Positions 13,812 through 27,300 of a DNA stretch of 64,000 nucleotides are shown piece after piece. How positions within the stretch are numbered: the first letter of the stretch is position 1; each line of letters begins with the position of its first letter. Below the pieces are notes generated by a model. That model worked only from the letters and a program-made list of their open reading frames with translations. It made no database searches and was not told the DNA's origin. Location of the stretch: positions 66,526,001 through 66,590,000 of the forward strand of contig OZ024743.1 in assembly GCA_964016885.1 (NCBI GenBank), given 5' to 3'. The position numbers were made by a program, and so were the translations under genes. This DNA comes from Eledone cirrhosa (lineage: Eukaryota).

Positions 13812-14136
13812 ATTGGTGTTCGATGCTTAAAGCGTCCGTATGCGGTAAGCTATCTGAGCACTCGATGCTCTCATAGAGCAGAGTATGATATCACAAAAAA
13901 AAAAGAGAATCAGTGTTGCGACGAATGGAATTTATTGGACATATTACAATCGTTTCTCTGGCGACCAACTCGAGGCACGATCGCAGATCCCCAGATACGT
14001 CTTGATTCTACGAAGCAGATTTTCAGAGTCAGGTTCGATCATCACATCGATCGTGCCTCGAGCTGGTCGCCAGAGAAACAAGTGTAATATGTCCAATAAA
14101 TTCCATTCCTATCAACACTGATTCTCTTATTTTCTG

Positions 14137-14140
<4 letters not shown>
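13812..14140 (-). mobile_element. Palindromic ORF-less element with hammerhead motif (copy 1)
   Basis: Arms 13888-13983 and 14048-14140. Minus-strand hammerhead 13938-14001: GACGTAT CTGGGGA TCTG..CAGA GAAA CGATTG TA ATATGTC. Tail carries TCGAGTGCTC. Confidence 0.7.
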
Positions 14141-14934
<794 letters not shown>

Positions 14935-15025
14935 CGGAGGAAATGTGGTAAGGAACGAGGTGGACCATAATGCACCAAAGTACTCAATACTTAGGGTAGT
15001 AGAGTGGGTAATAGGAACGAGTAGG

Positions 15026-15121
15026 ACCCCGACGGCTGAGCTCAAGCCGTTTCGACGGCTAATTCTGGACTAAATGAAAATTTTTATCCTGGTATTTGAA
15101 TAGCCGAGCTTCTCAAGGGGT
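15026..15121 (-). ncRNA. Type I hammerhead (inverted pLTR copy)
   Basis: Reverse complement of 17232-17327. Confidence 0.8.
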
Positions 15122-15204
15122 AATTTCATATATGGTCAAAGTGATTGTCACAAGGATTGGTCAAAAGTTTGTTGCTGAGACATAATAATTCTATTCAGGG
15201 CTAT

Positions 15205-16135
15205 AACACCTGAACTACATCCACCGCCGGTCAAACTATCCTAGGAACATCACCAATAACCTGGTTAAAAACATCTCCCTCCGCATATCCCGTTTGTCAG
15301 CTAATGAGCAGATATTCGATGAACATGCGCCTTATTACAACCAGGCCCTCAAGCGGAGTGGTTTCCGGGAGGAAATATCCTACTGTCCAGCTCCCATTAG
15401 CGGAACCAGCAGGCGACACCGCCGCTCACGCAATGTAACATGGTTCAATCCTCCCCACAACGCCGAGGTGACAACTCCATCGGGAAAATTTTCTTTAGGC
15501 TCATTGAAAAACACTTCCCACTACAACACCGCTACTACAACATAATTAACAAAAATACCATCAAACTCTCTTACAGCACTACACCAAACTTTGCACAAAA
15601 CATCGTCTCCTCTAACAACAAAAAACTCAACCCCTATGGAAGAAATAACCTAAATAGCAGTGGAGAGCCGACCAGGAGGTGCAACTGTCCTGATGGATCC
15701 ATTTTCCCCCTCGACAACAGATGCAGAGATCGTAATGTGATCTACCAGTGCAACGTGAAGACGGACACCTCCAACAAAGCTTATATAGGATTAACCGGAT
15801 GTGACTTCAAGGCCCGGCTATACCAACACAGACATACCTTCCGAAACCCGGCCCAGCGTCACGCCACTACACTTTCGGGCCACATATGGGACCTCAATGA
15901 TAACAACATTACCTATGATCTCACTTGGAGATTACTGTCCAGAGCCAACTCTTACACGGGAGGACGCCGTCCGTGTAATTTATGCTCGGAGGAAAGTTTA
16001 CAAATGCTGTTTTCGACGGACCAACTCCTAAACAAGAAAGATGAACTGGTTGCAGCATGTAAACACAGATTGCGTAGGACTTACCTCGCCCTCAAACCCC
16101 ATAATGACCCGGGAAGGGGGGGGGGGGTAGACTAG
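15205..16135 (+). pseudogene. Penelope-like RT thumb, Cys linker and GIY-YIG endonuclease (truncated, frameshift near 15470)
   Basis: NYIHRRSNYP..ISRLSANEQIF..YNQALKRSGF; VTWFNPP; TIKLSYS; CNC..PL..RC; NVIYQC..AYIGLT..FKARLYQH; CNLCSEE; LLNKKDEL..CKH. Confidence 0.9.
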
Positions 16136-17231
16136 GGCTATAACACCCCACTTGCCGATTGTGTAATGGGTAACCCCTTCTTGCTAAGGTAGACGTAAGA
16201 TCTTTTATATCTTTTTATCGCTCCCTCTATATTTCCTTCTTCCCCCCCCATCCCTCCCTAGTCCTTCCACCTCAGTTCTCTTTCTTTGTCGTCATCTTTT
16301 TCTCGCCCACCCGAGGCAGCCCCTCGGTCCTTTGTAGCCTCAGTACCCCCACCCCTTCCCCTATTCTATGATAGATTTGGCCGACTCCGCTTTTTATAGC
16401 AGATGTGTTAGACCTCGGATACTTGCCCTCATATCCGACCGCTGCCCCTTTTCCGTGCTTTCTATATTTCTTAGTGGTATCTTTGCTTTAATTTCTCGTT
16501 TATCAGTATTTATCTTTTTTTTTTGGGGGGGGGGGGATTCTGAATTAATCTTCCGTATCAAATTTTACATTTACTTCGTACGAGCTTTTATGTAGCTTGC
16601 ACTAGAACTTTTGTATCGTGGCGGCACCCTTAGAGATAGTATTAGTATTTTTTTTCGGGACTCTGAATTATTATTTCGTATTAGTTTACTTTTCTGCACT
16701 GGGTGGTTGCTGGCCTTGTGCCTGGGGTAGAAACTTTTATTATTTCGTGGTAGTTTCTTTAGTATTTTGGCCCCTCACTTGTTGACCCGTCACCGTAAGA
16801 TATACTCGGTTTATTACTTATACCTCTTAAAAGGGTCTCATTATAATTCAGCCCCACCTAGTATATTTTTTTAGCCCAGCAGTACCAGTGAGAGACTTAG
16901 GTCGTAGTAACCAGAAATTGTTTATTTTTTTTTTACATTTAATTGCTTTTTAACACTCTCAGTATTTTTTTATATATTTACCCCTTATTGTTCTACTTAT
17001 TGTTTCGACTTCCTGCCCCTCCCCCTCCCTAGTATCTTCTTTGACCTCATGCCCAGCTGTAGTCGGCACTATCAACGCATGAATGGGTCTCCTCCACCCC
17101 TTTCCCTCTTTCTCCTACTTGCAGGTTTAGCTACCCCTTCCCTCCACAAACTGCCATCATAGAATTATTATGTCTCAACAACAAACTTTTGACCAATCCT
17201 TGTGACAATCACTTTGACCATATATGAAATT

Positions 17232-17327
17232 ACCCCTTGAGAAGCTCGGCTATTCAAATACCAGGATAAAAATTTTCATTTAGTCCAGAATTAGCCGTCG
17301 AAACGGCTTGAGCTCAGCCGTCGGGGT
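17232..17327 (+). ncRNA. Type I hammerhead ribozyme in Penelope pLTR, U3-A8 core
   Basis: ACCCC TTGAGAA G..CGGCTA-TTC..GAA-TAGCCG.C GAAA CGGCT-tgagctc-AGCCG TC GGGGT; GUC cleavage site. Confidence 0.82.
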
Positions 17328-17359
17328 CCTACTCGTTCCTATATATATATATATATATA

Positions 17360-17553
17360 TAGACAGTCGATAGACTTTCGTCATATCGGACCGAGGAAAC
17401 AAAGTTTATCCTCGGTCTTTCTAAATGCTAATACTCTCTATCGGTTGCAACTCCAGCCCGGGAATCGAACTCACAACCTTACAATTGCGAATCCAATTTT
17501 CTAACCACTCAGCCATATATATATATATATTATAGCGAAGGAAATGTGGTAAG

Positions 17554-17607
<54 letters not shown>

Positions 17608-17835
17608 TTGAGTGTGTGTGTGTGTGCGTGTGTATATGTGTGTATACGTACATTTGAAGCATATATATACACGCATGCATATGCAAATATGCAAATGTCG
17701 CCATATGTCTCTCTGGGTACGCATCATATTGACTGACCGGCATTGTAGTATATCAGCTTGTGTGTGTAACAGTATACCCCCGCCACACAAGCACACACAC
17801 ACGCACGCACGCACGCGCACACACACACACACACA

Positions 17836-17905
<70 letters not shown>

Positions 17906-18233
17906 TTTACACACAGAGTTTTACACACAGAGTTTTACACACAGAGTTTTACACACAGAAGTACATAGAAACACGCAGATAAGCACACTGATAATGAATA
18001 CACATAGACACATATGCAGAGGCCAACTGAGACATAGGTATACATACGCTGACATATATGTGACGTCAGTTGCAACAATCACATGAGACATATCACTGCA
18101 AAGGTGCTGTGTACTTTTATGTTGCACACAGCTTGCTGTTCCATTTGCAATGTATCGTAGCAGACACACCACACATACGTAATTGCATAATTGTATACAT
18201 ACATTCCTTCATTCCTACATGCACACGCACACG

Positions 18234-18289
<56 letters not shown>

Positions 18290-18316
18290 TTTATATATAT
18301 ATACACATATATAGAC

Positions 18317-18366
<50 letters not shown>

Positions 18367-18370
18367 GTAT
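17360..18370. repeat. Local duplication unit, second copy ~20728-21735
   Basis: Shared unique blocks (AGACAGTCGATAGACTTTCG.., ATGTCGCCATATGTCTCTCTGGG.., GAAACACGCAGATAAGCAC..) with different microsatellite lengths. Confidence 0.9.
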
Positions 18371-18376
18371 GTAATT

Positions 18377-18399
<23 letters not shown>

Positions 18400-18422
<23 letters not shown>

Positions 18423-18830
18423 CGGAGAGACAGAAAGAAAGAGATATGTGTGTGTGTCTCTGTGTGTGAGTGTATGTGTGTGTATGGGTGATTGTATGTG
18501 TGTGTGGGTGTATGTGTTAGTTTGTGTGGGTTTGTATATTGCACACATGCACATGCCAAGCAGAAAGACACACACATGCACAGCCAAGGACACGTATGCA
18601 TAAAAAGACAAGATGGAATAAAAAGAATAAGATCAGAAAGAAGAGGAAACGCAGGGTAGAAGAACAAATATTCATTGAGTAGGTCACAGAATGTGTGACG
18701 AAAGAGCATAGAGAAAATTAACAATAACACATAATAATGTTTTCTGATTTAGGCACAAGGCCAGCAATTTTGGGGAAAGGGATAAGTCGATTAAATCGAC
18801 CCAAGTGCATTACTGGTACTTTATTTTATC
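18400..18830. repeat. Local duplication unit, second copy ~23486-23870
   Basis: GACGGAGAGACAGAAAGAAAGAGATATG.. and CAGCCAAGGACACGTATGC..GAATGTGTGACGAAAGAGC are shared. Confidence 0.9.
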
Positions 18831-19314
18831 AAACTCGCTAGGATGAAGGGCAAAGCTGACCTCGGCTGAATTTGAACTCAGACTGTAAAGTAGCGTAACT
18901 ATATGCTACAAATCATACCGTCCAACGATCAACCGATGCTGCCAATCCAATGGCCTAGGTGTGGTATTAAAAATATTGTCAAGCTAAAAGAATATGCAAG
19001 AGTTGTATGTGTAAAATGAATTGAGTTGTTAAAAGAATAATATTTTGCCATAGGCTACGAGAAGTCCAGCGTATTTACCGATACTTTGGCAGGCAATGTA
19101 GGTCCACGACGTACACACTCGTAGATAACTATGCATACATTTGAAACGAGGCGTATATGAAAGAATATAGAATATGTGAGTATTTCTAACAAGCCGCGCT
19201 CTGAGTCGCAACTATCTCAGAAACTGTGTGAGAAATACTTGTATGTATTAATACGACTGTTGATAACTAGCATTGTAACCGTTGTATTCAACCTGTTGGG
19301 GACAGATCATACGT

Positions 19315-19389
<75 letters not shown>

Positions 19390-19765
19390 AGAGAGATAGA
19401 TATATAATTGGTGTTGCATGCTTAAAGCGTCCGTATGCGGTAGTACGCCGTTTGAGCACTCGATGCTCTCATAGAGCAGAGTATGATATCACAAAAAAAA
19501 AAAAGAGTATCAGTGTTGCGACGAATGGAATTTATTGGACATATTACTATCATTTCTCTGGCGACCAGCTCGAGGCACGATCGACGTGATGATCGAACCT
19601 GACTCTGAAAATCGCAAGGTCCTCAGATACGTCTTGATTCTACGGAGCAGATTTTCAGAGTCAGGTTCGATCATCACATCGATCGTGCCTCGAGCTGGTC
19701 GCCAGAGAAATGAGTGTAATATGTCCAATAAATTCCATTCGTCGCAACACTGATTCTCTTATTTT

Positions 19766-19770
<5 letters not shown>
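18735..19770. repeat. ~1 kb direct duplication of ~13170-14140 (SINE A, unique DNA, palindromic element)
   Basis: Near-identical sequence; the ORF track shows paired ORFs 13452/19029 and 13599/19176, offset 5577. Confidence 0.95.
19405..19770 (-). mobile_element. Palindromic ORF-less element with hammerhead motif (copy 2)
   Basis: Arms 19486-19613 and 19650-19770. Minus-strand hammerhead 19538-19633: GACGTAT CTGAGGA..GCGA..TCGC.. GAAA TGATAG TA ATATGTC. Confidence 0.7.
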
Positions 19771-19824
<54 letters not shown>

Positions 19825-19828
<4 letters not shown>

Positions 19829-20687
19829 GTTTAGATAGCTTGACAAATTGAACATTGTGGTAGGCAAAATCTAACACACAATATAACAACCTGTTAGTTC
19901 TTTCGTTACTTTGGTATATTGTGTGTTAGATTTTGCCTACCACAATGTTCAATTTGTCAAGCTATTTAAACGTATTTTATTATTCTACTGACCTACCTTA
20001 TCGAGTGCTTTGCTAACTCATTTCATATAGTGGGCCCAATTTGCTTGCAAACCGCCAGAGATTTGATTTTACTAAGTATCCAATTATATTATTCCCCTAG
20101 ATTTAATAATTAACTAATTAATTTAATTAGACAATTCTTTAATTATTTGTGTTTGTTTAATAACATCTGGTCGAGAGCTTATTCTGATGATTGGCGGAAA
20201 TTAAAATATTTCCTTTGTCTAACATTTTGAATGAACCGGCAAACATCGGGGGTTATTTCCCTTGCTGGAAATAACACGTGACAGCTAAATATACGAAACG
20301 CTGCAGCTTAGCGGCAACATTTAGCCTTTTCGTCCCGTCCTTTGGTAGAACGAAAACATGTTGATGAACTTTAATCCTCTGTTCGATCATGAATACCACG
20401 AGCTTGCCAGTCACGTAAGTCTGATATTTGATTTCGGATTCATAGAAACACTTTAAACGTATAACGTTTGATCTGTCCAGGTGTATTTTTCTCAACCTGT
20501 TAGTTCTTTCGTTACTTTGGTATATTGTGTGTTAGATTTTGCCTACCACAATGTTCAATTTGTCAAGCTATTTAAACGTATGTTATTACTCTAAGGACCT
20601 ACCTTATCGAGTGCTTTGCTAACCCATTTTATATAGTAGGCTGAATTTGCTTGCAAACCGCCAGAGATTCGATTTTACTAAGTATCC

Positions 20688-20695
<8 letters not shown>
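19825..20695 (+). mobile_element. ORF-less element with Penelope-type inverted plus tandem terminal repeats
   Basis: Inverted repeat 19825-19885 / 19915-19975; ~200-bp direct repeat 19887-20089 / 20493-20695; TCGAGTGCTTT in each copy; (TA)n flanks. Confidence 0.7.
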
Positions 20696-20732
<37 letters not shown>

Positions 20733-20814
20733 GTCGATAGACTTTCGTCAAATCGGACCGAGGAAACAAAGTTTTTCCTCGGTCTTTCTAAATACTAATA
20801 CTCTCTATCGGTCG

Positions 20815-20940
20815 CAACTCCAGGTAGAAGGAGCAACATGAAATAAAGTGTCTTGCCCAAGTACATAACGCATCACCCAGCCCGGGAATCGAACTCACAA
20901 TCTCACGATTACGAATCCAATTCTCTAACCACTCAGCCAT
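20815..20940 (-). mobile_element. SINE family B, 5' part
   Basis: Minus strand ATGGCTGAGTGGTTAGAG..GAGTTCGATTCCCGGG..TTGGGCAAGACACTTTATTTC. Confidence 0.75.
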
Positions 20941-21000
20941 ATATATATATATTATAGCGAAGGAAATGTGGTAAGGTATATATATATATATATATGTGTG

Positions 21001-21068
<68 letters not shown>

Positions 21069-21697
21069 ATGTGTGTATACGTATATTTGAAGCATATATA
21101 TACACGCATGCATATATATATACACGCATGCATATGCAAATATGCAAATGTCGCCATATGTCTCTCTGGGTACGCATCATATTGACTAACCGGCATTGTA
21201 GTATATCAACTTGTGTGTGTAACAGTATACTCCCGCCACACACACACACACACACACAGATGTACATTGAAACACGCAGATAAGCACACTGATAATGAAT
21301 ACACATAGACACATATGCAGAGGCCAACTGAGACATAGGTATACATACGCTGACATATATGTGACGTCAGTTGCAACAATCACATGAGACAAATCACTGC
21401 AAAGGTGCTGTGTACTTTTATGTTGCACACAGCTTGCTGTTCCATTTGCAATGTATCGTAGCAGACACACCACACATACGTAATTGCATAATTGTATACA
21501 TACATTCCTTCATTCCTACATGCACACGCACACACATATATATATATATACACATACATAGAAGTATATTTATATATATATATATACTTAAGGTAAACAT
21601 GTATATATATATACACACATACATTTATATATATACACATACATAGACGTATATATATATATATGTATTTATATATATATATATACATACATAGACG

Positions 21698-21734
<37 letters not shown>

Positions 21735-21735
21735 G

Positions 21736-21803
<68 letters not shown>

Positions 21804-22160
21804 GAAAATAGAGAAATTAATGTGACCAAGAAGCCAACAGTATTTCATAATATATAAGCGACTATAGCGTCAAGATGAAAATATATTTAACGTAAGATAT
21901 GGGAAAATAATTCAAACTCAATTAAAAAAAAAGTCAAGACAGAAATTTTATCCACAGAGTTTGTGAAATCCAGGGAAAAAACCAATAGAGTCTTAACTCA
22001 GAATAAAATTAAGGTTAAATACTCATCCTTCAATTTAGAAAAACTACATATATATATATATAGTAGAATAATCGAGAATCGGAATATCAGCCCACGAAAT
22101 CACGATAAACAATATCCGATATATGTGGCAGAGTGCTCAATAATTTGGAAAAATCAGAGC

Positions 22161-22193
<33 letters not shown>

Positions 22194-22199
<6 letters not shown>

Positions 22200-22643
22200 G
22201 ATATTAATAAATGGAAACTATATTTATAAAACCATATTTATTTCATTATATATATTTCAAGGATACCAAGTTATATTATGGTATGCCTTCATCAGACAAA
22301 ATACAATATATAACAGTTTTATAAATAGACATCGACGTACCCCTTTAAAAATTGACCGTTGCTTTTGGAGGCCATCAGGATGGCCTCCAAAAGCAACGGT
22401 CAATTTTTAAAGGGGTACGTCGATGTCTATTTATAAAACTGTTATATATTGTATTTTGTCTGATGAAGGCATACCATAATATAACTTGGTATCCTTGAAA
22501 TATATATAATGAAATAAATATGGTTTTATAAATATAGTTTCCATTTATTAATATCGTATATCTACTCCAAATATTTGTCGAGTGCTTTATATCAGTTATA
22601 CAAATATTTGCTTGTTGTATCCCAACAATTTAAATAAAACTTT

Positions 22644-22647
<4 letters not shown>
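22194..22647 (+). mobile_element. 368-bp palindrome (22194-22561) plus ~85-bp tail, one hammerhead per arm
   Basis: Arms are reverse complements around a 2-nt centre (22377-22378); (TA)n on both sides. Confidence 0.85.
22452..22516 (+). ncRNA. Minimal type I hammerhead (mirror copy at 22239-22303, minus strand)
   Basis: TATTTTGT CTGATGA AGG-c-ATACCA..TGGTAT-c-CTT GAAA TATATA TA ATGAAATA. Confidence 0.78.
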
Positions 22648-23512
<865 letters not shown>

Positions 23513-23784
23513 CGGAGAGACAGAAAGAAAGAGATATGTGTGTGTGTCTCTGTGTGTGAGAGTGTGTGAGTGTATGTCTGTGTATGGGTGATTGTATGTG
23601 TGTGTGGGTGTCAAAGACACACACATGCACAGCCAAGGACACGTATGCATAGAAAGACAAGATGGAATAAAAAGAATAAGATCAGAAAGAAGAGGAAACG
23701 CAGGGTAGAAGAACAAATATTCATTGAGTAGGTCACAGAATGTGTGACGAAAGAGCATAGAGAAAATTAACAATAACACATAAT

Positions 23785-24297
23785 AATGTTTTCTGATTAA
23801 GGCCAGCAATTTTAGGGAAAGGGATAAGTCGATTAAATCGACCCAAGTGCATTACTGGTACTTTATTTTAGCGAATCCGTAAGGATGAAAGGTAAAGCTA
23901 ACCTCGGCAGGATTTGAACTCAGAACGTAAAGGGCCGTAATTCTGTGCCGCGAAGCAGAGTGATCGATGCTCTACCAATACTGCAATTCCACTCCACGTA
24001 TTTCAAGCACAAGGCCAACAATTTTAAGGGTAGGGAAAATCAATTAAATTGACTCCAGTGCATTACTGGTACTTTATTTTATCGACCCCGTAAGGATGAA
24101 AGCCCAAGCTAATCTTGGCGAAATTTGAAAACAGAAATTAAAGGGCCGTAACTTTATGCCGTGAAGCATTTTGTCTGACGCTCTACCGATTCTGCCAATC
24201 CACCGGTCTTGGTTTCTGATTTAGACACAGGACAAACACTATTGGGAGAGGTGAAAGTCGATGAAATCGATCCCAGTGGATGATTGGTACTTTATTT
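23785..24297 (-). mobile_element. Cluster of about three SINE family A copies
   Basis: Repeated ACTGGTACTTTATTTT..GTAAGGATGAAA..GCTAA..GGC..ATTTGAA cores. Confidence 0.8.
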
Positions 24298-24389
24298 TAA
24301 TAACTAATAATAATAAAGCTGAAGTCTAAACAATTAGCGCGTGTGTTTTCTTTTGACAAATTTGGCAAAATGACGCTCCCGAAATGCAA

Positions 24390-27300
24390 CACCTCCAACA
24401 ACACCAACACCACCACTACCACCACCACCAAGACCACCACTACCTCCACCATCAAGACCACCACTACCTCCGCCACCAAGACCACCACTACCGCCACCAC
24501 CAAGACCACCACTACCGCCACCACCAAGACCATCACTACCTCCACCACCAAGACCACCACTACCTCCACCACCAAGACCACCACTACCTCCACCACCAAG
24601 ACCACCACTACCACCGCCACCAAGACCATCAATACCTCCACCACCAAGACCACCACTACCACCACCACCAAGACCACCACTACCACCACCACCAAGACCA
24701 CCACTACCACCACCACCAAGACCACCACTACCACCACCACCAAGACCACCACTACCACCACCACCAAGACCACCACTACCACCACCACCAAACCACCACT
24801 AACTCCACCACCAAGACCACCACTACCAGCACCACGAAAGACCACCACTACCACCACCACCAAGACCACCACTACCAGCACCACCAAGACCACCACTACC
24901 ACCACCACCAAGACCATCACTACCACCACCACCAAGACCACCACTACATCCACCACCAAGACCACCACTACCACTACCACCAAGACCACCACTACCACCA
25001 CCACCAAGACCACCACTACCACCACCACCAAGACCACCACTACCACCACCACTAAGACCACCACTACCTCCACCAACAAGACCATCAATACCACCACCAG
25101 CAAGACAACCACTACCACCACTACCAAGACCACCACCATCACCAAGACCACTACTACCTCCACCACCAAACCACCACTACCACGACCACCAAGACCACCA
25201 CTACCACCACTACCAAGACCACCACTACCACCACCACCAAGACCACTACTACCTCCACCATCAAGACCACCACTAACACCACCACCAAGACAACCACTAC
25301 CACCACCACCAAGACCACCACTACCACCACCACCCAGACCACCACTACCTCCACCACCAAGTCCACCACTACCATCACTACCACCACCACCAAGACCACC
25401 ACTACCACCACCACCAAGACCACCACTACCACCACCAGCAAGACCACCACTACCAACACTACCAACATCATCACTACCACCACCACCAAGACCACCACTA
25501 TCACCCCCACCAAGACCACCACTACCACAAGTACCAAGACCACCACTACCTCCACCACCAAGACCACCACTAACACCAACACCAAGACCACCACTACCAC
25601 CACCACCAATACCACCACTACCACCACCAACAAGACCACCACTACCACCACTACCAAGACCACCACTACCACCACCACCACCAAGACCACTACTACCTCC
25701 ACCACCAAGACCACCACTACCACCACCACCAAGACCACCACTACCACCACCACCAAGACCACCAATATCACCACCACCAAGACCACCACTACCATCACCA
25801 CCAAGACCACCACTACCACCACCACCAAGACCACCACTACCACCACCATCAAGACCACCACTACCACCACCACCAAGACCACCACTATCTCCACCACCAA
25901 GACCACCACTACCTCCACCACAAAGACCACCACTACCTCCACCACCAAGACCGCCACTACCTCCACCACCAAGACCACCACACCACCACCACCAAGAGCA
26001 CCACTACCTCCACCACCAAGACCACCACTACCACCACCACCAAGACCACCACTAGCACCACCACCAAGAACACCACTACCACCACCACCAAGACCACCAC
26101 TACCACCACCACCAGGACCACCACTACCACCACCACGAAGACCACCACTACCACCACCACGAAGACCACCACTAACTCCACCACCAAGACCACCACTACC
26201 ACCACCACCAAGACCACCACTACCAGCACCACCAAGACCACCACTACCACCACCACCAAGACCATCACTACCACCACCACCAAGACCACCACTACATCCA
26301 CCACCAAGACCACAACTACCACTACCACCAAGACCACCACTACCACCACCACCAAGACCACCACTACCACCACCACCAAGACCACCACTACCACCACCAC
26401 CAAGACCACCACTACCTCCACCAACAAGACCACCACTACCACCACCACCAAGACCACCACTACCACCACCAGCAAGACCACCACTACGACCACCAGCAAG
26501 ACGACCACTACCACCACCACCAAGACCACCACTACCTCCACACCAAGACCATCAATACCACCACCACCAAGACCACCACTACCACCACTACCAAGACCAC
26601 CACCATCACCAAGACCACTACTACCTCCACAACCAAACCACCACTACCACGACCACCAAGACCACCACTACCACCACTACCAAGACCACCACTACCACCA
26701 CCACCAAGACCACTACTACCTCCACCATCAAGACCACCACTAACACCACCACCAAGACCACCACTACCAGCACCACCAAGACCACCACTACCACCACCAC
26801 CCAGACCACCACTACCTCCACCACCAAGTCCACCACTACCACCACTACCACCACAACCAAGACCACCACTACCACCACCACCAAGACCACCACTACCACC
26901 ACCAGCAAGACCACCACTACCAACACTACCAACACCATCACTACCACCACCACCAAGACCACCACTACCACCACCACCAAGACCGCCACTATCACCCCCA
27001 CCAAGACCACCACTACCACCAGTACCAAGACCACCACTACCACCACCACGAAGACCACCACTACCACCACCAGCAAGACCACCGCCAAGACCACCACTAC
27101 CTCCACCACCAAGACCACCACTAACACCAACACCAAGACCACCACTACCACCACCACCAAGACCACCACTACCACCACCAACAAGACCACCACTACCACC
27201 ACTACCAAGACCACCACTACCACCACCACCACCAAGACCACTACTACCTCCACCACCAAGACCACCACTACCACCACCACCAAGACCACCACTACCACCA

